This document shows, one piece after another, positions 56,824-64,000 of a DNA stretch of 64,000 nt (positions within the stretch are counted from its first letter, which is position 1; the number at the start of each line of letters is the position of its first letter). Location: contig CANJZQ010000001.1 of assembly GCA_947479535.1 (NCBI GenBank), positions 78,324-142,323 of the forward strand, in the 5' to 3' direction. The notes below the pieces were generated by a model. That model had not been told where the DNA came from. It searched no databases and saw only the letters and a program-made list of their open reading frames with translations. The position numbers were made by a program, and so were the translations under genes. Source of the DNA: Oligoflexales bacterium (GTDB lineage Bacteria > Bdellovibrionota_B > Oligoflexia > Oligoflexales > RGVZ01).

Positions 56824-58143
56824 ATGGCCGTTAAAAGCAAGAAAACCATCCAACGGATTCCGGGGTCCGCGATAGAGCGATCGCTCCGTGTTTTCGGTTT
56901 TGGCATCAAAACTGGAATTTCAGCCATCGCCAAAACACGCACCGCCATTCAGCAGGCAGAGGCCCTTGCGAAGATGATGGGCGAGATGAAGGGCAGCATG
57001 ATGAAGGCCGGGCAATTGCTCGGTCTCGTGGGTGAGCATTTTTTTCCGAAGGAAGTTAACGCAATCCTGCGGACCCTCAATGCCCAGTCTGACCCCGTGG
57101 CATGGCCGGTGATTGAAAAGGCCTTGGTTCGCCGCCTTGGCCGTGAACGCATGGCAAAACTTGTCATTGATGAAGATCCCTGGGCGGCTGCAAGTCTAGG
57201 CCAGGTGCATCGTGCAAATGTCTTGGCCACCGACCAGAAAATTTGCATCAAAATTCAGTATCCTGGTGTCGCTAAAGCCATCGAAGGCGACCTTCGCAAC
57301 CTGCGGGTGATTTTAAAATTCATGGGGGCATTGCCCATCAAGATTGATGACGGCCCGATCTTCGCCGAAGTCCGGACAATGCTCCGGCGCGAGGTGGATT
57401 ATGTTCAGGAAAAAGAATCCACTCGCGAATATTCCGCCCTCGTCGCCGGCGATCCACGGTTTCTTGTCCCGGAAGTGATCGACGAATATTCCGGCCCTCG
57501 CATTTTGGCAACGACTTGGATTGACAGCGTTGAGATCGAAGACGTCGCCGTGAAATCCATGACGGAATCCCGACGCAAGGCTCTGGCGCAAAGCTTTCTT
57601 GAATTATTTCTCGCCGAGTTTTTTTCCTGGAATCTGGTCCAGACCGATCCTCATTTTGGTAACTACCGGGTTCGGCTTGGGTCAGGCGATGAGCCAGATC
57701 GCCTTGTCCTGCTTGATTTCGGGGCAGTGCGAAGGTTTCCCCCTTCCTTTGTCCGTCGTTACGCGCAAATGGTGCGCGCAGCTTTAGATGGTGATGAAGC
57801 TGCGATGGCGGCAGCCGGCAAAGACATCGGGATTCTTCCCAGGAATGCGTCGGCTTCGATGACCAGAATTTTTGTTGAGCTGTGCAACCTGGTGATCGAA
57901 CCGTTCAATCATGGAGTTTACGACTGGGGTAAAAGTGATTTGCCGCAGCGCGCAACCCGAATGGGTGTGAAACTTGTGGTCGATGAACGGTTGCCATCGC
58001 CGCCTCGTGAACTACTTTTTCTCGACCGGAAGCTTGGTGGTGTTTTTATTTTCTTGTCCCACCTCGGCGCGCGCATTGACGGCAGGCCATTACTCGAAAA
58101 GGCGATTTCGGCCTGCCTTCAGGCAGAAGAAGTCTCACCTTGA
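56824..58143 (+). CDS. ABC1/UbiB-family atypical kinase
   Basis: MKAGQLLG...PWAAASLGQVHRA...ICIKIQYPGVAKAIEGDLRNL...QTDPHFGNY...LLDFG. Confidence 0.8.
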   Translation: MAVKSKKTIQRIPGSAIERSLRVFGFGIKTGISAIAKTRTAIQQAEALAKMMGEMKGSMMKAGQLLGLVGEHFFPKEVNAILRTLNAQSDPVAWPVIEKALVRRLGRERMAKLVIDEDPWAAASLGQVHRANVLATDQKICIKIQYPGVAKAIEGDLRNLRVILKFMGALPIKIDDGPIFAEVRTMLRREVDYVQEKESTREYSALVAGDPRFLVPEVIDEYSGPRILATTWIDSVEIEDVAVKSMTESRRKALAQSFLELFLAEFFSWNLVQTDPHFGNYRVRLGSGDEPDRLVLLDFGAVRRFPPSFVRRYAQMVRAALDGDEAAMAAAGKDIGILPRNASASMTRIFVELCNLVIEPFNHGVYDWGKSDLPQRATRMGVKLVVDERLPSPPRELLFLDRKLGGVFIFLSHLGARIDGRPLLEKAISACLQAEEVSP

Positions 58144-59075
58144 GCCACAAGCCAACAATCCTAGTCATCGGTGCTGGCTACCTTGGCAAAGTCGTTTGCC
58201 GGATCGCGTCGGATGCCGGCCATCAGGTTTTTGCGGCCCGCCGCTCGCAACCTTCGTCCGATGAGTCTTCCGCCTTGCCTCTGGTTCATTGGCACGCAAT
58301 GGACGTCTTGGATCCCGTGCAGGTTCGTGACGTGATCGGGATTATTGCGGGAGTGGCGCGGATCGATTCCGTGATCTATTGCGTTTCTGCTGGCGCGGGT
58401 TCCGTCGAGGCCTATCACGATGCTTATCGCCATGGCGTTTCCAACGTTTTGGCTGCCCTTGATTCAGTTTTCGGAGCCACCGTTCAAAAATCTGACGTGG
58501 CTTTACCCCGATTTATCTTCGTTTCGAGCACCGGGGTTTATCCAGAAGACGAGGGGCAATGGCTTGACGAATTCCATCAGATCGACCCAGACCGTCTTCC
58601 GGCTGCGCAGCGGGCCATTTTAGAAGGCGAGACTCTGGTCACTGCCCGCGATGGTGCGGTCGTGGCTCGCCTTTCTGGAATTTATGGGCCTGGGCGCACG
58701 CGCCTGCTGACCATGGCGCGCAGTCTGCCAGATCCGTTGATAATCGAGGAGATCGCTTGGACCAATCGGATCCATGTTGTCGATGGAGCCCGTGCACTAA
58801 TTCATCTGGCAACCATCGAATGTCCCGGCCATCTATATTGCGTAACGGACCACGATCCTGCGGCCCAAATTGAAATTTTATTTTGGCTGAGGCACCAACT
58901 GGGCTTGCCCAACCCTTCGATCCACTTTCACCGGGACGGCGTTCCTGTTGCGTCCGCCAATGGTTTGCCAGAATCCAACAAGCGAATTGCCAACAATTTT
59001 TTGGTCTCGACGGGGTTTGAATTCACCTATCCGACCTATCGCGAAGGTTACGCGCCACTATGTCAGAATCAATGA
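58140..59075 (+). CDS. NAD-dependent epimerase/dehydratase (extended SDR) family protein
   Basis: 311 aa. Rossmann motif ILVIGAGYLGKVV, and SGIYGPGR. Confidence 0.65.
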   Translation: MSHKPTILVIGAGYLGKVVCRIASDAGHQVFAARRSQPSSDESSALPLVHWHAMDVLDPVQVRDVIGIIAGVARIDSVIYCVSAGAGSVEAYHDAYRHGVSNVLAALDSVFGATVQKSDVALPRFIFVSSTGVYPEDEGQWLDEFHQIDPDRLPAAQRAILEGETLVTARDGAVVARLSGIYGPGRTRLLTMARSLPDPLIIEEIAWTNRIHVVDGARALIHLATIECPGHLYCVTDHDPAAQIEILFWLRHQLGLPNPSIHFHRDGVPVASANGLPESNKRIANNFLVSTGFEFTYPTYREGYAPLCQNQ

Positions 59076-59551
59076 TCCAAATGTTTGCCACGCCCCAGTG
59101 GATTTGCATCAGCCTTTTGGGAAATTTTGCCGCCACCTGGTTCATGGCTGGTGTCATTGTCTTTGTCCAAATCGTCCACTACCCCCTGTTCTCAAACATT
59201 GGGCGCGACGGGTTTTCTCACTATGCAAACCGGCATCAGATTCTGACAACTTGGGTCGTCGGGGTTCCAATGATTGCGGAAGCCCTGCTCGCAACAGTTT
59301 TTATGATTTGGCTGTCAACGCCAGAGGGCTCTGCGCGCCTCGATGGATCTACCGTGTTTCTAAATGTTGGTATCGAACTGATGATTTTGGCGGTGACGGC
59401 AGTTTTTAGCATTCCATGCCATGCAGCCCTTGCGCAGGGCTTCGACCAAGCCATCATCAAGCGTCTCGTTTGGACCAACTGGCTGCGTACTTTTGCCTGG
59501 TTGTACAAAGGCTGGATTGCCGCAGCAATGTTGGCGAAGAATCTCATCTGA
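59060..59551 (+). CDS. Hypothetical 4-TM membrane protein (DUF1772-like, tentative)
   Basis: 163 aa with four hydrophobic helices. VFVQIVHYPLFSNIG...HYANRH. The family call is tentative. Confidence 0.4.
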   Translation: MSESMIQMFATPQWICISLLGNFAATWFMAGVIVFVQIVHYPLFSNIGRDGFSHYANRHQILTTWVVGVPMIAEALLATVFMIWLSTPEGSARLDGSTVFLNVGIELMILAVTAVFSIPCHAALAQGFDQAIIKRLVWTNWLRTFAWLYKGWIAAAMLAKNLI

Positions 59552-60374
59552 ACCGAGTCAATATTTTTTCGCTGACCTGCCAAAGCCTGACGGCTGCATC
59601 ATCATTCAGGGCAGCCAGCGACGGTTTTCGCACCCTGCACTTGTCGAAATATTCACCGTTGACGTTGGCCACCGACGTATCGTCTGCCAAAAATATTGAC
59701 GTTTTCGCTCCACGATCCTCATTGATGGCAAACAGAATTTGGCTGAGCCTTACGGCTGGTCCCCACAGGCCGGCGTTGTTGTGGCCAAATTTACTGGCGA
59801 CAAATCCGGGGTGCAGCGTGTTGGCTGTGACCTTGGTGCCTTTCAGCTTTTTCGCGAGCTCTCGCGTGAACAAAATGTTCGCCAGTTTTGACCTTTGGTA
59901 AGCGCGCCAACCACTGTATCTGTTTTTGCCGTTGAGGTTGTCGAAATCCAGTTCGCATCCGCGGTGGGCCTCGCTCGCCACGTTGACGATTCGACCTCCG
60001 TTGGACGCGACAAGAAGCGGCAATAAAAGGTCGGTCAAAAAGAAATAATTCAAATGATTTAGCGCGAAAGTTTGCTCGATGCCGTCGGGAGTTGTTCCAA
60101 ATTTTGAAAAGAAAGCTCCCGCATTATTTACGAGGACATCGAGGCATTCAAACCGGCTTTGATAATCGTGGGCCAGTTGCTTCACTTGTGCCGGCCGCGA
60201 AAGGTCGGCGATCATCCAATCGACTTTGCCCGTGGTCTCTGCGGCGACACGCTTGGTTTTCCCCTCGTCGCGCCCCACGATAATCACGTGGTGTCCACGC
60301 GCCGCCAGTTCTCTGGCAGTCACCCTGCCAATTCCATCCGATGCGCCAGTGATTAATATTTTTTTTGTTTTCAT
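59544..60374 (-). CDS. Short-chain dehydrogenase/reductase (retinol-dehydrogenase-like)
   Basis: ILITGASDGIGR, NNAG and YQRSK (YxxxK). The start is set at MKTKK. A 1-nt overlap (TGATGA context) links it to the upstream SDR gene. Confidence 0.8.
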   Translation of the reverse strand: MKTKKILITGASDGIGRVTARELAARGHHVIIVGRDEGKTKRVAAETTGKVDWMIADLSRPAQVKQLAHDYQSRFECLDVLVNNAGAFFSKFGTTPDGIEQTFALNHLNYFFLTDLLLPLLVASNGGRIVNVASEAHRGCELDFDNLNGKNRYSGWRAYQRSKLANILFTRELAKKLKGTKVTANTLHPGFVASKFGHNNAGLWGPAVRLSQILFAINEDRGAKTSIFLADDTSVANVNGEYFDKCRVRKPSLAALNDDAAVRLWQVSEKILTRFR

Positions 60375-61123
60375 CACCGAGCCCTCATGGTGGCAAGGCC
60401 ACCGTCGATGCTCATGGTATTTCCCGACATCCATGAACTGTCGTCCGACAACAGCCACGCTGCGGCGGCCGCAACATCTTCAGGCTGACCAATACGCCCC
60501 ATGGCATGCATAGCAACGGATGCCTTGAGGGATGCCTCGTTGCCAGTGATTCTCGACGTCAGGGGCGTCTCGACCAGTCCCGGGGCAATGCAGTTGACGC
60601 GAATTTTATAGCGGGCATAAGTTGCTGCCGCCGATCCCGCCAGTCCCATCACGGCACCTTTGCCTGCGGCAATGGCTTCATGGTTTGCCAGTCCCGTGAC
60701 CGAGGCCGCAGATGCAAAAAGAACAATCGACCCGCCGTTTTCCATCATCGGCTTGGCGACGGCCCGGACCAGCCCAAAAGCCGCGCTCGCATTGGCTGCG
60801 ATCGTGTCTTCAAATTCCTGTTGTGTGGTCAGATGTGCGGGCTTCAAAATCACGGATCCTGAACAACACACAGCGCCGTCGATTCTTCCAAAATGCTCGG
60901 TTGCTGCTGCGGCCAGACGTTCCGCAGAGGCAAAATCGGATCCTTCAAAAGGCAGGGCAATTCCCCCCGTTTTCTCAGCGATGCGGTGCAACTTTTCTTG
61001 ATCGCGTCCGCCCAGGACGAGCTTCGCCCCGCAGTGGTGTAAATGCTCTGCCAGTACCGAGCCAATGCCGCCGCCTGCTCCCGTGATGATGTAGACGCGA
61101 CTCGACAGATCGTAAACTTGCAT
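60374..61123 (-). CDS. SDR-fold oxidoreductase with a non-canonical active-site region
   Basis: 249 aa. It has TGAGGGIGS and IRVNCIAPGLVETP. Where YxxxK is expected, the sequence reads NHEAIAAGK. Confidence 0.7.
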   Translation of the reverse strand: MQVYDLSSRVYIITGAGGGIGSVLAEHLHHCGAKLVLGGRDQEKLHRIAEKTGGIALPFEGSDFASAERLAAAATEHFGRIDGAVCCSGSVILKPAHLTTQQEFEDTIAANASAAFGLVRAVAKPMMENGGSIVLFASAASVTGLANHEAIAAGKGAVMGLAGSAAATYARYKIRVNCIAPGLVETPLTSRITGNEASLKASVAMHAMGRIGQPEDVAAAAAWLLSDDSSWMSGNTMSIDGGLATMRAR

Positions 61124-61168
61124 GGAAGATGTTCCTATTGGTGTTTAATGGCAGAAGGATCGTAACAA

Positions 61169-62164
61169 ATGCTTATGGACGTTGCCATTGTCGGCGCTGG
61201 AATCAGCGGGCTTGCCGCGGCCCAGGTGGTTCGGGCCTCGGGCAAGTCTGTCGCCGTGTTTGACAAAGGTCGTGCACCGGGCGGACGAATTGCCACGCGT
61301 CGGATCGGCGCAGCCGTGTTCGATCACGGTGCTCAATTCTTTACGGTGCGTGACGATGGCTTTGCAACGACGGTTCTCCAATGGCAAGCCTCCGGCGTCG
61401 TTGCTCCTTGGTGCCATGGATTTCCTTCGTCCGTTGGTGAGGCCACTGGCGAGGACGGGCATGTTCGATATTTTTGCCCCAATGGGATGACAGGGATTGT
61501 GAAACATCTGTCGTCGGATCTGCCGCCGGACTCAATTCTTGTCGATCATAAAATCACAAAAATTTCGCCCCAAGGCGATCACTGGTGCCTCGACGTTGAG
61601 AATCGCCCTTCTGTGCGTGCCAAAGCCGTCTTGGTTACGGCTCCGGCACCACAAGCACCAGCTTTTTTCAGTGACGATGCCTTGGCGGAATCATGCCGTA
61701 TGATTGCCCATGATGTTCAATTCGATCCTTGCCTCGCCTTGATGATTTTAGCCGGGCCTTCAGAGGCGGCGGCTTCATTTCCTGCGCCAGGCGGCCGACG
61801 TTTTGATGGTCCTGTACTGTCTTGGGGCGCCGATAATCACTGCAAGGGGATTTCTCCCGTGGCTGGCTCGGTGACCCTGCATGGTTGCCCTGAATTTAGT
61901 CGCGTGAATTTCGCTGCCGATGACCTTGTGGTGGCCCACGAGATGGTTGTTGCGGCTGGATTATCAACCGCTACCTTGGGTGATCCCACCCGTTGGCAAC
62001 TTAAACGATGGCGTTATGCAATTCCCGCAAACCCACACCCGGACCGTTACCTCCAGATTTCTTCGAAACCTGTGGCGGTCTTGGCGGGAGACGCATTCGG
62101 TGGGCCACGCATTGAGGGTGCCTGGCTTTCAGGGGTCGCTGCCGGGAAATTTCTAACGCGGTAA
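61169..62164 (+). CDS. NAD(P)/FAD-dependent oxidoreductase (renalase/COG3380-like)
   Basis: 331 aa. Dinucleotide motif DVAIVGAGISGLAAA...VFDKGRAPGGR and a C-terminal LAGDAFGG. Confidence 0.65.
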   Translation: MLMDVAIVGAGISGLAAAQVVRASGKSVAVFDKGRAPGGRIATRRIGAAVFDHGAQFFTVRDDGFATTVLQWQASGVVAPWCHGFPSSVGEATGEDGHVRYFCPNGMTGIVKHLSSDLPPDSILVDHKITKISPQGDHWCLDVENRPSVRAKAVLVTAPAPQAPAFFSDDALAESCRMIAHDVQFDPCLALMILAGPSEAAASFPAPGGRRFDGPVLSWGADNHCKGISPVAGSVTLHGCPEFSRVNFAADDLVVAHEMVVAAGLSTATLGDPTRWQLKRWRYAIPANPHPDRYLQISSKPVAVLAGDAFGGPRIEGAWLSGVAAGKFLTR

Positions 62165-62983
62165 TTGGCTTGCCCGCTGCCGCAGCGCTTCGAACATCAG
62201 AATTCCTGCCGCGACAGAAACATTCAGCGAATCGACTTTTCCGTGCATGGGAATCATGGCGGTGGCATCGGCGTGGTGCAGCCACCAATCGGTAAGTCCC
62301 CAGGCTTCGCCCCCCATGACAATGGCCGTGGGCCCGGTCATGTCGACGGCATCGTGCGACTGGCTTTTTTCCGTCAAGGCCGCTGCTACGGTCCGGATTC
62401 CCCTGTTCCTGCATTCCGCCGCAAATTCTTCCGACGATTGATTGATGACGGGAACGCGAAAGACGCAGCCTAAACTTGAGCGGATTGCGTTGGGATTCCA
62501 CACGTCGACCTTGGCGTCCAAGGTGACCAGAGCTGTCGCTCCGGCTGCTTCTGCCGTGCGCAGCAAGGCGCCCAGGTTTCCCGGCTTTTCAACATTTTGC
62601 GCCGCCAGAATCAATGGCATTGCCGAAGGCTTTATATCTTTCCAAGTCCACGTCCGCATTTTTACGGTCGCAATGAGCCCGTCGCGCCCTTCGCGAACGG
62701 CAGCCTTTTCAAAAGCCACGTCGCCCAGTTCAATCACTTGTTTGGCCGACTCGCTCAGGGATTTCATCTCCCTCATGGATTTTTCGCCATCGCCTGAAAA
62801 TTCGCCCCGACAAAAATACAGGGTCTCGATGCCGTAACCATTTGCGATGGCCATCTGAATTTCGCGCAAACCCTCAACCAGGCACAGGCCGGTCGCCTCG
62901 CGTTCCTTGCGGTCTCTCAGTGCGAGAAGGGCCTTCAACTTCGCATTTTGGGTGCTGGTGATTATTTCCGGGTGGTCAGGCAC
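62153..62983 (-). CDS. TrmH/SpoU-family RNA methyltransferase
   Basis: 276 aa. VEKPGNLGALLRTAEAAG, IVMGGEAWGL and DSLNVSVAAGILMFE. Confidence 0.8.
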   Translation of the reverse strand: MPDHPEIITSTQNAKLKALLALRDRKEREATGLCLVEGLREIQMAIANGYGIETLYFCRGEFSGDGEKSMREMKSLSESAKQVIELGDVAFEKAAVREGRDGLIATVKMRTWTWKDIKPSAMPLILAAQNVEKPGNLGALLRTAEAAGATALVTLDAKVDVWNPNAIRSSLGCVFRVPVINQSSEEFAAECRNRGIRTVAAALTEKSQSHDAVDMTGPTAIVMGGEAWGLTDWWLHHADATAMIPMHGKVDSLNVSVAAGILMFEALRQRASQLPR

Positions 62984-63906
62984 ATGGCACCACTGGGCAA
63001 CAGGCGATCGCCATTTGCGTTAATATGATTTCCTTCGCTATTTTCGACAATGACCATCTCTTCGGCCAAGTGATCGCATTTGATTTTTGCCCTTGGGCGC
63101 AGCATGTCTTTAACAAGATTTTTCAGGGCCAGCGGCGTGTAGCCGTTTGAATGGGCGCACAGCATGATAAATGAAAAATCTTCGGCCAGAATTTTTTCAA
63201 GGTCATCCAAAAGCGGCGACAGGTGATCTTCAATTTGCCAGATCTCGCCCTTTACCCCGCGTCCATAAGTCGGCGGGTCTAAAATAATTCCGTGATACTT
63301 CGTTCCGCGCCTGACTTCGCGCTGCACAAATTTCCGGACGTCGTCGACGATCCAGCGGATTGGCTTGTCTGCCAGCTTTGAAACTTCGGCATTTTCTCGC
63401 GCCCAGGCCACGCTCGTCTTCGACGCATCGACGTGGACCACGTGGGCCCCACCGCGGGCGCAAGCCAAAGTTGACCCGCCGGTGTAGGCAAACAGGTTTA
63501 GCACCTGAAATCCTTCGGAGCCTTGCCCCTCCCCGGATTTCCTGACGAGATCCTTGCCGCCTTCGACCAGCTCCACGAGGCGCGGCCAGTTGCGGTCTTG
63601 TTCGGCGAAAATCCCCAAATGCCCGAAGTCGGTCAACTTGACGTTCAAAGTCACTGGCCCGCAGGGCAGTTCCCAACTCCCGGGTAACTTCCGGTTGTGG
63701 ACGGTCCACTTGCCATCGCCGCCCTTGAACCGCTCAAAGCTCGCATCGACCCTTTGCCATTCGGTATCGGGCAGCCTCGGTCGCCAAACCGCCTGCGCCG
63801 CCGGTCTGGCAATCCGCCAGGGTCCGACCTGTTCGAGTTTCATGAAATTGCCGCAATCCAGCAATTTATAAGCATTTTCCGGTTTACTATGGATTTTGTG
63901 TTCCAA
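62962..63906 (-). CDS. Class I SAM-dependent (rRNA) methyltransferase, RlmI/RlmK-like
   Basis: 314 aa. TGFFLDQ-type region (GHLGIFAEQ), VLNLFAYTGGSTLACARGGA.VVHVDASK and IILDPPTYG. Confidence 0.7.
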   Translation of the reverse strand: MEHKIHSKPENAYKLLDCGNFMKLEQVGPWRIARPAAQAVWRPRLPDTEWQRVDASFERFKGGDGKWTVHNRKLPGSWELPCGPVTLNVKLTDFGHLGIFAEQDRNWPRLVELVEGGKDLVRKSGEGQGSEGFQVLNLFAYTGGSTLACARGGAHVVHVDASKTSVAWARENAEVSKLADKPIRWIVDDVRKFVQREVRRGTKYHGIILDPPTYGRGVKGEIWQIEDHLSPLLDDLEKILAEDFSFIMLCAHSNGYTPLALKNLVKDMLRPRAKIKCDHLAEEMVIVENSEGNHINANGDRLLPSGAMCLTTRK

Positions 63907-64000
63907 GATTTTCTCTGCCCTTTTTTGGCCTTTAATTGGCGCATCTAAAGCGGTTTGTTTATTATCGCATAGACCATCGGGCTGCGACCATTTTATGCCT

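Overview
This is a 64-kb window of a Gram-negative-type bacterial chromosome, and it is mostly core housekeeping genes. The phylum cannot be fixed from sequence alone. The mix of DUF1573, DUF2723, DUF1501/planctomycete-cytochrome-like, Rsm22-like and NtrYX genes resembles Bdellovibrionota, Myxococcota or Planctomycetota-type genomes.

Gene order, left to right:
- An edge-truncated XerC/D-type recombinase (-).
- A secreted protein, ntrY, ntrX and a SpoU-methylase operon.
- The E. coli-like block tRNA-Thr/Tyr/Gly/Thr-tuf-tRNA-Trp-secE-nusG-rplKAJL-rpoBC, followed directly by rpsL-rpsG, an intrinsic terminator and fusA.
- An unknown secreted protein, tRNA-Val (-) and sthA.
- A minus-strand run: dienelactone hydrolase, thioredoxin-like protein, membrane protein, LpxL-family acyltransferase, lipA.
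- An Rsm22-like methyltransferase coupled to a three-gene envelope operon: CxxCH lipoprotein, DUF1501-like protein, small CxxCH lipoprotein.
- A 17-bp tandem repeat array.
- rluD-like, asparaginase-II and LLM-oxidoreductase genes (-), then an orphan receiver.
- A partial NADH dehydrogenase cluster, nuoCD-E-F-G-I only (-), and a DUF2723 membrane protein (-).
- aspS, a TPR protein and ridA.
- A membrane-anchored phage-tail-tube-like protein plus an unknown lipoprotein.
- ffh and miaB, then a DUF1573 protein (-).
- Three small overlapping genes, including a 56-aa DUF5522-type ORF that is missing from the ORF track.
- A UbiB-like kinase, several SDR and FAD oxidoreductases, and two RNA methyltransferases (-).

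I see no rRNA, CRISPR array, transposase, prophage or recognisable defence genes, and no unambiguous new system.

The candidates most worth a second look are:
- the orphan tail-tube-like and lipoprotein pair (49.5-51.6 kb);
- the heme-motif lipoprotein and DUF1501-like operon (31.2-34.6 kb);
- the 17-bp repeat family (34.65 kb array plus the 26.74 kb hairpin);
- the peripheral-arm-only nuo cluster;
- the small-gene cluster at 55.9-56.8 kb.

All family assignments were made by eye from motifs and need profile searches to confirm.
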